From an uncultured Planctomycetaceae bacterium (GTDB taxonomy: Bacteria; Planctomycetota; UBA8742; UBA2392; JABWBM01), in the NCBI GenBank assembly GCA_964548115.1, contig CAZJPQ010000003.1, forward strand, positions 490-64,489: a DNA stretch of 64,000 nucleotides, in the 5' to 3' direction. The notes under the pieces were generated by a model. It did no database searches. It was not told the origin of the DNA and worked only from the letters and a program-made list of their open reading frames with translations. A program made the translations under genes and the position numbers. Each line of letters starts with the position of its first letter. Positions within the stretch are counted from its first letter, which is position 1. Below, in pieces: positions 37,531 through 47,077 of the stretch.

Positions 37531-39528
37531 TCAGCTGTCAGAAATTCCAAGCTCGAAAAGCCGGTTTTGAGCCTCGAGGTCTGACGGGTAAGCTTCAAGA
37601 TAGCGCCGAAGCAAGTTGAGAGCTTCACTCTGTTGCTCAATATTCAATAAAAGTTCTACTTCAAAACGATTGAATAGAGCATCATAAGGCCAACGCTTAT
37701 AGGCAAGCTCTAGAATTTCTTGGGCTTGCGCCCATGCCTCCTCCCTCATTGCAAGGGCTAACACATGATAACCAACCTCAGGCCCATAGTCCACGAACAC
37801 AAATTCCTGGTAAAATAGAAGCAGGTAAAGAGCGAGTGCTTGAAAAGGTTGAGCCTGATTTTCTGCCTCAAGAGCAAGGGTAATTAACGTGCTCTCATCC
37901 CGCTCCCCCGCCTGATAGCGGATTTCGGCAATTGTAATTTTTGTTGCTTCAAGCTGAAAAAGCTCAAGTTGAGCAAGAATGAGATGCTTACGCTTCGGAG
38001 TTAAGCTATAAGCTTCTAAAAAAAGCTTTGAAATAAAATGTGCATCTTTTGTTTTTAAACCATCTTCCAATAGCGCTTGAGCATAGTATTCGACAAAGCT
38101 TATGCCCTCTTCATCAATATGCTGAGGAAAAGATGTATAAAGCTGCTCTAAAAAAACCTTTTTCTCTTTATCTTTAAAAAGCGAGAGCGCTTGCTCCAAA
38201 TGCTCTGGAGGGATGGTCTTTATATCAATATATCCAATAATTTTTCGCAAAAGAATATCGTGTTCTAAGCTACGGGCAGCTTGGAGAGTTAAGAGCCTTT
38301 CAACTGATTGTTGGAGCAAAGAGTCCTCTTTGTTTATCTTCTCCTGATGCTTTAAATAAAGTTGAAGAACTTTTTCAAAACCTCTACCAAGAGTTTCCTC
38401 ATGAAGCTCTCGTTGAAGCAACGCTTCAATAAATTGTCCAAAAAGCTCATGAAAAGAAATAAGCTGCTCTTCCTCGAAAGACAGTTTTACCTGTGCGAAG
38501 GTCTTAAGAAGAGGGAAATAACGAACCTGTTCTTTTTCTATCCTCTTGAGAAAGACCTCTTCTAACGGTAAGCCCAGTTTTGAAAGCAAATAGAAGAATG
38601 TCATTCCCAAGGCAGGTTCTTCCGAACCCTGGCTGGCCAAAACTTCCGTTGGAAGCAGGCTCGTATGCTCTTCATAAACAAGAAGGCCTGTACTGCGCCT
38701 GAGAAATTCAATCCATACTTGTGTGAATTCTTCTGGCTTTCTATCTGCATTCAGAAAATCCTTATGTTCCTCCTGAAAAACTTCTAACTCTTCTTTCAAA
38801 TGAAATATCTGCTCTTTTGATGATAAGCGGTCTTCAGCTGAAACAAAGATGTAATCAAGCTCTTCAAGAGAAGTAAAAATAGAAGAGTGATCTTGCTTCG
38901 AAGCCAATAAATTTTTGTTCTTATCATCTCTACGAAAAACATCACCCTCCCCCTTATCAAATAATTCCTTGGAAGCGAGCTCATGTAGTGACTTATCTTT
39001 TTGTTCTAAAGCCTCCGATACCACTTCCTGTTCAAAATATGTTCTGCCTAGTAAAAAAGCCGTAATTAAAGCTATACAAAAAAGGACTCCGAAGCTTAGA
39101 GAGAGCAAGTGTCTTCCAAAGAATTCAAAGAATTGTCGTTTTTTTCTTTCTGCCTTCTGGATGAATTCTTCTTTCAAAGAAATCTTGGGGTCTTTTTGTT
39201 GCCCTTGGACGAAAGATGCAGATTCTCGTTGTAAATACTTCAATAAGATGCTGCTTTCTTGAAGCAAGCCCTCGATCCTGGAAATAAGCTGGTTCTGGTT
39301 GAGCGAACGAAGCCTTTTAACACACAAAGCAAACTCTTGCCCCTTCTTCTTTGGTATCATCTGAAAAACGTGAGCAAATGATTTTTCAATTCGGCTTATT
39401 TGCTCAGAATAATCAAGAAAGAGCGCACTCAAAGCTTCCGGTGTTTTTTGATATGTATTCTGAATGACTTCAAGCAAAGCACAAAGTCTCTCCCAATCAC
39501 GAAGAAATGTTTTCAAAGTATTGTTCAT
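37531..39528 (-). CDS. Membrane-anchored, largely alpha-helical protein of unknown function
   Basis: ATG at 39528 (MNNTLKTF) preferred over the track's TTG at 39534. Single TM helix LLSLSFGVLFCIALITAFLLG after a ~130-aa N-terminal region. ~500 aa helical/TPR-like C-terminal part. Convergent with 35542..37515 across a 15-bp gap. Confidence 0.6.
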   Translation of the reverse strand: MNNTLKTFLRDWERLCALLEVIQNTYQKTPEALSALFLDYSEQISRIEKSFAHVFQMIPKKKGQEFALCVKRLRSLNQNQLISRIEGLLQESSILLKYLQRESASFVQGQQKDPKISLKEEFIQKAERKKRQFFEFFGRHLLSLSFGVLFCIALITAFLLGRTYFEQEVVSEALEQKDKSLHELASKELFDKGEGDVFRRDDKNKNLLASKQDHSSIFTSLEELDYIFVSAEDRLSSKEQIFHLKEELEVFQEEHKDFLNADRKPEEFTQVWIEFLRRSTGLLVYEEHTSLLPTEVLASQGSEEPALGMTFFYLLSKLGLPLEEVFLKRIEKEQVRYFPLLKTFAQVKLSFEEEQLISFHELFGQFIEALLQRELHEETLGRGFEKVLQLYLKHQEKINKEDSLLQQSVERLLTLQAARSLEHDILLRKIIGYIDIKTIPPEHLEQALSLFKDKEKKVFLEQLYTSFPQHIDEEGISFVEYYAQALLEDGLKTKDAHFISKLFLEAYSLTPKRKHLILAQLELFQLEATKITIAEIRYQAGERDESTLITLALEAENQAQPFQALALYLLLFYQEFVFVDYGPEVGYHVLALAMREEAWAQAQEILELAYKRWPYDALFNRFEVELLLNIEQQSEALNLLRRYLEAYPSDLEAQNRLFELGISDS

Positions 39529-39742
39529 GGACAAGAAGCTCTAAAAAGAATCCATAACTCTTTTGTAATAACACAGGCTCAACACAAACTTTTTAAAACA
39601 CTCAAAAGGCAATAAACAAATCTTCACGTTTTTTATAACATGTGCTCTGGCAAGCATCAAAAAATGATCTTGTTTTCAACGAGCTCAAAGCCCCAAAAAA
39701 CCCTGGGGAGGAACATGCTTCCAGTTTATTGAGAGAACTATT

Positions 39743-40513
39743 ATGCGCTTCTGTTCATTATACACTTCTATTCCTCTGATTATACTCTGCTCTTTTTTTT
39801 CTTCCCTGCTCCTGCATGTCCAAACACAAGCCGAACAAAAGACCTCTCAACCCTTCACAACCGTTTTGATTGTCAGTAAGCCCAATCAACAAGGGTTTCT
39901 CACAATAGCTGCAGGCTCGCTGGAATTCAGCAATAAAGAACTTAGCCTTGTTCGCGAAACACTTCCAGAAGGCAACAAAAAAGTTCTCAGCGAAAACCTT
40001 TCTGAAGAATTTCAGGACAAGATTTCTTTTGAAGAGAATTACCGCTATATCCTTCAACATAAAAATCAAGTGCTGGCAACTCATACTCTCTTTTTGCTGG
40101 ATGAAAAACACCACAAACTCACCTTTCTTGGAGGTTCCCAAGAGCGTGGATTTTTCCAAATTCACCACGCAGAGCAGCCTGAGATCCGCTGCATGATCAA
40201 AAAAGGAGAAAAAATAACCCATAAAAGCTTATCAAACCAAAATAAGCTTTTAATAACTCAAGCCCCCTTTGAACTTCTCTCAATCACTTTGGAATCCTAT
40301 ACCCCTACACAGCCAAAACTACGTACTATTCACAGAAAAACAGGAGCCCCTCTTTATGATTTACGGGGAAACCCTCTCAAAATTCCTATTCAGGAGGGCA
40401 GCGAACAGAGACATAAGATATTTGTCGCTCATATCAGAGAAACTCTTAAGCCATACAATGATTACTACCTTCAAGAAGGGGAGAGCGTTTATTTTCAAAA
40501 TCTCGGCGATTGA
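39743..40513 (+). CDS. Secreted protein of unknown function
   Basis: Signal peptide MRFCSLYTSIPLIILCSFFSSLLLHVQTQA. 256 aa. No recognisable motifs. Confidence 0.55.
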   Translation: MRFCSLYTSIPLIILCSFFSSLLLHVQTQAEQKTSQPFTTVLIVSKPNQQGFLTIAAGSLEFSNKELSLVRETLPEGNKKVLSENLSEEFQDKISFEENYRYILQHKNQVLATHTLFLLDEKHHKLTFLGGSQERGFFQIHHAEQPEIRCMIKKGEKITHKSLSNQNKLLITQAPFELLSITLESYTPTQPKLRTIHRKTGAPLYDLRGNPLKIPIQEGSEQRHKIFVAHIRETLKPYNDYYLQEGESVYFQNLGD

Positions 40514-40665
40514 GATAATGAACATAAAAAAGAATGCTTGATAAGTTACCTTTGAACAAGCGAACAAAAAAACTTTGGATCTTTATTCATAGAGGTTTTT
40601 GAGCTAGACTTTAGCTTTGCTAAAAGTTTTTGTCTCTATACAAAGTCTTAAAGAAAAGAGTTGTA

Positions 40666-41646
40666 ATGGCTAGCTATCAAGAACTCCAAGGAAAAAATGT
40701 TCGTTCCTCCTTTTTGCTGATTGGAGTCGTGACAACTCTTATGCTTGTCGGAGGCTACCTTTTTGGAGCAGCACTTGCGGGCCCAGAAAATCCTTATGCC
40801 ATGTGGATTGGGGTAGGAATTGCAGGCGGACTTGCCAGCATTCAAGCTTTGATTTCCTGGTTTGCTGGAGCAGATATTGTTCTCAAAGTCAATCGAGCAA
40901 AAGAAGTGAGCGAGCACGACAGTGAATTTCGCCAGCTTCGAAATATTGTAGAAGAGATAAAAATTGCAGCTGGTCTTCCCATGCCTCGCGTTTATGTCAT
41001 CCATGACGATTCGCCAAACGCTTTTGCCACTGGACGCAACCCAGAAGATGGGCGTGTTGCATTTACAACTGGACTTCTACAGCGCTTGAATCGAGATGAA
41101 CTTCAAGGTGTGGTCGCCCATGAACTTGCCCATATCAAAAATCGAGATATTTTATTTGCAACCATTGTAGGCATTATGGTTGGAAGTATTGCTATTCTTT
41201 CCGATATTATGCTGCGCTTCTTTTTCTGGAACAGTTTATTTGGAGGAAGGCGAAACAGTGACAATCGTTCTGGAGGAGGCCAACTCCAAGCCATCCTGAT
41301 GCTGGTAGGGCTTATCTTTGCAATTCTAGCCCCCATCGCCGCCATGCTGATTCAGTTCGCAATCTCTCGCCAGCGTGAATACTTAGCCGATACAAGTGGC
41401 GCACATTTCACCCGCAACCCAAGTGGACTAGCAAGTGCTTTACTCAAAATCTCAAGTGCAGCTCAGCCTCTTCGTTCTCCTAACCGAGGGACTGCTCACC
41501 TCTTTATTTCAGATCCTTTTTGCCACCAGGCCCGCTCGACAAAAACAAAAGGAAGTCTTTTTTCAACCCATCCACCAATCGCAAAACGTATTGAGCGACT
41601 CCAAAAAATCGGATCAATGGATATGCAAGAAAGTCCGCAACCTTAA
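40666..41646 (+). CDS. htpX: Zinc metalloprotease HtpX (M48 family)
   Basis: HELAHIKNRD (HExxH). Downstream E in EYLAD. Two N-terminal TM helices. ATG at 40666 preferred over the track's TTG at 40630. Confidence 0.9.
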   Translation: MASYQELQGKNVRSSFLLIGVVTTLMLVGGYLFGAALAGPENPYAMWIGVGIAGGLASIQALISWFAGADIVLKVNRAKEVSEHDSEFRQLRNIVEEIKIAAGLPMPRVYVIHDDSPNAFATGRNPEDGRVAFTTGLLQRLNRDELQGVVAHELAHIKNRDILFATIVGIMVGSIAILSDIMLRFFFWNSLFGGRRNSDNRSGGGQLQAILMLVGLIFAILAPIAAMLIQFAISRQREYLADTSGAHFTRNPSGLASALLKISSAAQPLRSPNRGTAHLFISDPFCHQARSTKTKGSLFSTHPPIAKRIERLQKIGSMDMQESPQP

Positions 41647-41708
41647 GATATCTTCTCTTCGCTATTCTTTTGAACCCCAAGGCCAAACTCAAGTCAAAGA
41701 TTTCCTTC

Positions 41709-43586
41709 ATGAATGCTTTCTCTCAAAATACTGAAGCTCTCAAAAATATTCAACCAATCTTGGCAGAAACACTTGAGACAGCAACAAGCTTAGCCCAATA
41801 TCTTCAAGAAACTCCAGATGGCTCCCAAACCTTACGCAAAAAAGGCTTTGAAGGTGCCTGGCTTCAAAGCAGACGTGCGCCACTTCAAGAAGCCAGGCGG
41901 ATGGTTGAAAAAATTCAGCTTAAGCCCTTGCAACCTTGTATCGTAATCGGTGTAGGCCTTGGGTATGTCATCAAAAACCTGATTAAAAATTCTCCTTCAA
42001 CACAAATCATTGTACTTGAAAATGATCTTAATTTGCTGCGAACCGTACTTGAGCTCCATAATTTCTCCAACTCTATTCGACAAGGGCGTTTGAGTTTTGC
42101 TCTTGATTTACCTGGCCAACCTATTTCAGCTGTACTTGATTTCTTCGCAGAAGCCCTTAATTATCACGGCTACCAAAGTATATTTCACGCATATACGCAA
42201 AACGATCGTAATTATAAGGATCTCTTCTCAGAGCTGGGAAATTGGGTGCGTCTTCGGGCTGTTGATATTCGAACTCAAATGTTTCAATCTCGGGTATCTC
42301 TTGAAAACCTGATCAACAATCTTCCCCATTATCTTCAGTTCCCGGGAATAACGGAATTTAAAGATTGCCTCCGTGATGTTCCTGCCGTGATGGTAGGCTC
42401 AGGCCCTTCTTTGAATCGAAATATTAACGTGCTTAAAGAGTATAGTGGCCATGTTTTTGTATTGGCTGTTTCTTCTGCGCTTCAGCGAATTATGAAAGAA
42501 GGGATTCCTGTTCATGCCACAAACATTGTTGATTACTCACGTTTAAGCTCGCGCTATTTCGTTGACCTTCCTGGAGAAGCTCCTCCTCTTTGGGCACATC
42601 CTCGTGCAAGCTCAGAAGTTCTTGATCTTTACCAGGGGCCAAAAATACTCCTTGATGATGAGCTCTATCGTAAGCTGCTTGAAGCAACCGTTCCTGACCA
42701 CGGAACGTTCATCGCCCAAGGAAATAACGTCTCCCACTACGCATTTCTTATCCTTCAACACCTTGGCTGCAATCCCATTATTTTCTGTGGCATGGACCAA
42801 GCCTACAGCTTTCACACAACACATACACCAGGAAGTCCTTTTCATGATGATTGGGTCGCAGCAAACAACCGCTTCTTCAATCATGAGCTCTCAGAACTTA
42901 TCATGTTAACCTCGCTTGTTAACGAAACCCTGACAACAACCGACATGTACGGCAATACAATTCTTACTGATAACCTTTTTGACAGCTCTGCAACCGTGCT
43001 TGAACAACTCGTTGGATTCTTCCCTGAAACGACTGTACTCAACGCAACAGAAGGTGGCAGAAGACTCAAAGGAGTAAAAGATCTTAGCCTGAGAAATGTT
43101 TTAGAACAATACGCCAAGCAACCGCTCGCACTTGATTCCTATTGGGAAAAAGTCCATCTTCCTAAAAAAGCAACTCAAGCCTTTTTGCACAATGGTCTTC
43201 AAAAACTTCAAAAAATTAAAACCTTTGGAACAACCCTTCAAGAAGTATTTTCACAAGCCAAGCGCATCATTCAGAAAGCTGAGAAAAAACTCTTAAAGGG
43301 AGAAGAGCCAACAGAGCTTGCAGACGCTCTTGACCGTCTTAACGATAAACTTAATAAACAGCCTGGAGTTTATGATGCTGTTTATACCTATGCTGCTGCA
43401 GATGGCATTATCCGGCAAAAGAGTGAAGCTCTCTTAGCTGATCAGTCGATTCCTATGATTGAACGCCTTCGAACTTTAGCAAAACGAGAAAAAGCCTTTA
43501 TTATTGCGCTTGAAGAAGCATTAAAACGTTGGGAAGATCTCTTGATAAAAGGGATTGAGCGCATGAAAGAAGAGCAGGAATTTTAA
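41709..43586 (+). CDS. Maf-like (motility-accessory-factor / MptE-like, DUF115) protein; putative nucleotide-sugar or nonulosonic-acid transferase-like enzyme
   Basis: DUF115 Rossmann-like core with the signature VPAVMVGSGPSLNRNI ... VFVLAVSS ... ATNIVDY. About 625 aa, similar in size to Campylobacter/Helicobacter Maf proteins. ATG at 41709 preferred over the track's TTG at 41670. Confidence 0.65.
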   Translation: MNAFSQNTEALKNIQPILAETLETATSLAQYLQETPDGSQTLRKKGFEGAWLQSRRAPLQEARRMVEKIQLKPLQPCIVIGVGLGYVIKNLIKNSPSTQIIVLENDLNLLRTVLELHNFSNSIRQGRLSFALDLPGQPISAVLDFFAEALNYHGYQSIFHAYTQNDRNYKDLFSELGNWVRLRAVDIRTQMFQSRVSLENLINNLPHYLQFPGITEFKDCLRDVPAVMVGSGPSLNRNINVLKEYSGHVFVLAVSSALQRIMKEGIPVHATNIVDYSRLSSRYFVDLPGEAPPLWAHPRASSEVLDLYQGPKILLDDELYRKLLEATVPDHGTFIAQGNNVSHYAFLILQHLGCNPIIFCGMDQAYSFHTTHTPGSPFHDDWVAANNRFFNHELSELIMLTSLVNETLTTTDMYGNTILTDNLFDSSATVLEQLVGFFPETTVLNATEGGRRLKGVKDLSLRNVLEQYAKQPLALDSYWEKVHLPKKATQAFLHNGLQKLQKIKTFGTTLQEVFSQAKRIIQKAEKKLLKGEEPTELADALDRLNDKLNKQPGVYDAVYTYAAADGIIRQKSEALLADQSIPMIERLRTLAKREKAFIIALEEALKRWEDLLIKGIERMKEEQEF

Positions 43587-43808
43587 AGTCACCATTAAAA
43601 GGATAATATCATTCAAACCACTATTGATGCTTATATTGAAATTCCCGAAACAGAGGATGTCTTAAAAGCCTTTGTTGGAGATGAAAGTTATTCTCCTTTT
43701 AGTTTAGCGTTAAGTGCACTTCTTCACACCCGCAGTGCATTCCGATCAATCTTCCTGCCCTGGCCAGGTGGCAAAGAAAACCTTCCAAGCCATTCCGGCA
43801 TCCAGGCA

Positions 43809-45278
43809 ATGGTTCAAGAGGCTAAGATCAAGGTTATCGAACCATCACAAGCACCCGATATTGATGCACGAAAAGTTGGAAACGCTCTTCGAAAGTGGAA
43901 CCACACAAGTTCTTTAGCGGGTCTTCTGATGACAACGGATCACTGCACGTATGGAAACCCTGCACATATCCTTCAAGCATTAGAGCCTCAAGAACCTGAT
44001 TATGTACTGGTGCTTCCAGGGCATCACGGTTTTCCAACAAGCCAAGCAATCAAGATTATCCTTGAACAAGGCTTCACTGATGGCTGGGGGTTAGGGTTTT
44101 ATATTGCTGAAGGACCAAGGGGATTAAGCCCTATTATTTGGAAAGTTTCCAGCCTTAAGGAAGTACTTGCAAACAACCTGCTTGCTCAATCCGCTTTTTG
44201 GGGGCGCTGGCACTATTGGGTTAAAACAACAGCTTCAATGCCTTCACGAGTTACTCGTTGTCGACGAGACTTTGACCTTCGCACCCGCAGAGGAAGAGCT
44301 TTTTGTTCTGAAGTCGCTTCCGCTCTTCATGCAAGAAAGAAAATGCCAGCTTATCATCCAGAGAATCACACGCCTTTGCCATTGGAAGACATTATTGAGG
44401 CTGCAAACTCTTGTTTTCAGGCTTGGGTCGGTGATACTCCTCGTGATATTGAAATTGAGATTACAACCCAACGTCCACTGGAACCGAGTTATCTTCCAAA
44501 AATCAATCGTCCAAACCTCCATATGGAGCTTGCTCATTTTGAACGGTTTATCGCTCAGTGCAAGCAGGATAACGACTCTATCAACCTAACGCTCGGAGGT
44601 TTTGGTGATCCTTTAGAGCATCCTGAAGTTCTTGATTTCATTCGATCTGCGAGACCCCATGTTCAAGGCCTCAACATCCGAAGCTTTTGCTTCGAAATGG
44701 ATGAGCAAAAATTTGCAGCGCTTCAAGAAGCTGGAATTGACGTCCTTACCTGGCGTTTTGGTTACTGGGGAAAGGAAGCACACCAAAAAGCCCACGGAGT
44801 CGATGATTTTGAAAGGCTACAAGAAACTTTAAGGTCCATACGAACACAGCAACTCCACGAAGCTGAGGATGCTTTGCCGATTATTTGTCCAGAGGTTGTC
44901 AAAGGCATTATTGGAGATAAAAGCCTACTTGATTTTTGGGAGTATTGCCTTTCGCTTTTGCTTTGGCCAAGTCTTCTCAGCTATAATACTTTTTGTGGTG
45001 AGCTTCCATCTCAACAAGCTATCCCGCTTTACCCCAGTACTCGCAGCACCTGTCTTAAAATCTCAGAACAATTGATTGTTTGTGCAAATGGTGAAGTTCC
45101 CATGTGCTGGCAAGACTTCAACGCAAAGAACTCTCTTGGCAACATCAAAGAACATTCCCTACAAGAACTCTGGCATAGCCCAAAACTAACCGCTCTTCGC
45201 AACGCCCACGAACAAAAGCAATGGGATCGGGAATCTGCTTTATGTCAAAAATGTAATGAATGGTTTCGTTTGAGCTAA
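43809..45278 (+). CDS. Radical-SAM-fold/SPASM-domain protein with a degenerate radical-SAM cluster site (only one of the three CxxxCxxC cysteines present)
   Basis: C-terminal SPASM/twitch region IVCANGEVPMCWQDF ... LGNIKEHSLQELWHSP ... CQKCNEWF. GGxPL-like SAM motif LGGFGDPLEHPEV. Where CxxxCxxC is expected the sequence is ELAHFERFIAQCKQDNDSI. Confidence 0.6.
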   Translation: MVQEAKIKVIEPSQAPDIDARKVGNALRKWNHTSSLAGLLMTTDHCTYGNPAHILQALEPQEPDYVLVLPGHHGFPTSQAIKIILEQGFTDGWGLGFYIAEGPRGLSPIIWKVSSLKEVLANNLLAQSAFWGRWHYWVKTTASMPSRVTRCRRDFDLRTRRGRAFCSEVASALHARKKMPAYHPENHTPLPLEDIIEAANSCFQAWVGDTPRDIEIEITTQRPLEPSYLPKINRPNLHMELAHFERFIAQCKQDNDSINLTLGGFGDPLEHPEVLDFIRSARPHVQGLNIRSFCFEMDEQKFAALQEAGIDVLTWRFGYWGKEAHQKAHGVDDFERLQETLRSIRTQQLHEAEDALPIICPEVVKGIIGDKSLLDFWEYCLSLLLWPSLLSYNTFCGELPSQQAIPLYPSTRSTCLKISEQLIVCANGEVPMCWQDFNAKNSLGNIKEHSLQELWHSPKLTALRNAHEQKQWDRESALCQKCNEWFRLS

Positions 45279-45306
45279 ATAAAAATTCATCAATCAACCT
45301 ATTGCC

Positions 45307-45774
45307 ATGAGAAAACTAATGGAATGGAAAACATTTCTCCGCGATCAAATAGAACAAGCATATCAATCAACCCATGAGTTGATAACATTAGTTGAAGATC
45401 AAGATCTTCACTACTGTCCTGGTGATCATAATTGGATGAGGCTTGACCAGCTGCTTTGGCATATAACCATTGCGTGTGGACGATGCTGTGTTTGCATGAT
45501 TGAAGATGACTGGAGTGATAACCCCTGGCATCAACTTCCCTCTGTCACTTCTGTTCAAGAAGCTCTCAAGCGTCTTGAAGAAGACAAAGTGCTTGCCCTT
45601 GATGCCCTTGAAACTCTAAGCGAAAATGAGTTAGAAGAAAAGCTTTACGCTCCCCCCTGGGAAGCAACCCCTCAAAAGCTTGGGATTCGGTTTTACCAAA
45701 TGATAAAGCACCTTCAATTTCATCGTTTTCAACTTTTGTTTTATTTTCGACTTTCAGGTAAACCTCTCGAATAA
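45307..45774 (+). CDS. DinB/YfiT-like four-helix-bundle protein (putative metal-dependent thiol transferase/hydrolase fold)
   Basis: 155 aa. Helical pattern and the LLWHITIA histidine region resemble DinB_2. Unusual CGRCCVC cysteine cluster. Confidence 0.45.
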   Translation: MRKLMEWKTFLRDQIEQAYQSTHELITLVEDQDLHYCPGDHNWMRLDQLLWHITIACGRCCVCMIEDDWSDNPWHQLPSVTSVQEALKRLEEDKVLALDALETLSENELEEKLYAPPWEATPQKLGIRFYQMIKHLQFHRFQLLFYFRLSGKPLE

Positions 45775-45853
45775 GAGCTAGCCCAAAACAAAAACCCCCT
45801 AAAGGTACATTCAACCTTTAAGAGGTTTTCGTAGGATTTGTGTCGATATAGGC

Positions 45854-46822
45854 TTATTCAAAACCCTGTGATGCCAACCAACGCTCTGCATCAATAGCTG
45901 CGGCACATCCTGACCCAGCAGCTGTAACAGCCTGACGATAAATATGATCTTGGCAATCTCCGCAAGCAAAGACCCCGTCGATGTTCGTTGCAGTGGAAGG
46001 ATGGCGCTCATCCCGAACAAGTGGGCCTGTTAAAATATAACCATTCTCATCACATTGAAGCTGGTTGTCTAAAAATTGAGTATTCGGAATATGCCCAATA
46101 GCCATAAAAACGCCTTGTGTCTCAAGAGTCTCTTCCTCTCCAGTTTCGGTATTTTCAAGCTTCACACCGCTAACAAATCCATTTTCTCCCTGATTCAGAT
46201 ATTCTTGAACAACATAGGGCGATTTAAAAACGATCTTTTCATTGGCTTGAGCACGTTCATACATGATCTTACTTGCTCGAAACTCATTTCGTCGATTAAT
46301 AATCGTAACCTTTGTGCAAAACTTGGTTAAGAAGGTGGCTTCTTCCATGGCAGAATCACCTCCACCAATCACAACCACCTCCTTACCGCGATAAAAGAAT
46401 CCATCACAGGTTGCACAGGCTGTAACCCCTTTACCTTCTTTTCGAAGTTCAAGCTCACCAGGCAATCCCAACCAACGAGCAGACGCCCCTGTCGAGATAA
46501 TCAAGGCCCGGGCCTGGTATTCATGCTCTGCTGTAGTCACTTTAAAAGGTGCAGCAGAAAGATCCACCTTCTGAACCAATGCATCAACAATGTCTGTTCC
46601 AAAACGCTTGGCCTGCTCTCGAAATTTTCCCATCATTTCAGGCCCCAGGATTCCTTCTGGAAACCCTGGGTAATTTTCAACATCCGTTGTGGTCATAAGT
46701 TGGCCACCAATTTCAGCACCTGAAAGCATTAAAGGCTTAAGATTGGCACGAGCATTATAAATAGCTGCAGTATAACCAGCTGGCCCAGACCCAATAATAA
46801 TAACGTTTCGTATATCAGACAT
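45854..46822 (-). CDS. trxB: Thioredoxin-disulfide reductase
   Basis: GSGPAG FAD motif. Redox-active CATC (ACATCDGFFY). NADPH motif VIGGGDSA. GAGGG RBS. Confidence 0.95.
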   Translation of the reverse strand: MSDIRNVIIIGSGPAGYTAAIYNARANLKPLMLSGAEIGGQLMTTTDVENYPGFPEGILGPEMMGKFREQAKRFGTDIVDALVQKVDLSAAPFKVTTAEHEYQARALIISTGASARWLGLPGELELRKEGKGVTACATCDGFFYRGKEVVVIGGGDSAMEEATFLTKFCTKVTIINRRNEFRASKIMYERAQANEKIVFKSPYVVQEYLNQGENGFVSGVKLENTETGEEETLETQGVFMAIGHIPNTQFLDNQLQCDENGYILTGPLVRDERHPSTATNIDGVFACGDCQDHIYRQAVTAAGSGCAAAIDAERWLASQGFE

Positions 46823-47077
46823 AATTTTCCCTCTATGAATGAATTTTTGAATGAATTTACTCTCGTGCCCAAAAATGCTTTTCGAACCCGTTTATTTTTG
46901 ATCATTATACTAAAAATATTCAAACATACCCTTTAAACAAAAATATGAAGAAAAATTCTTACTTTTAGAATCCCTCTTTTCCGCTTGTTTACCTGAGGAA
47001 AGCATTTTACTCGCTTCGAAGAAAATATATGCTCCCAGGTATACTCCTTTTTATTGCCTTTTGGTTTGACAAAGAAT

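Noticed and set aside
43599-43808. In-frame open stretch of 70 codons upstream of the SPASM gene ATG that could extend the protein or encode a precursor peptide
   Set aside because: No ATG/GTG/TTG in frame, so it cannot be called as coding from sequence alone. Mentioned in the findings as something to re-check against raw reads.
45774-45854. Possible terminator hairpin between dinB-like and trxB
   Set aside because: Only an imperfect 7-bp stem (ctaaagg/cctttaag) without a convincing U-tract. Not confident enough to annotate.
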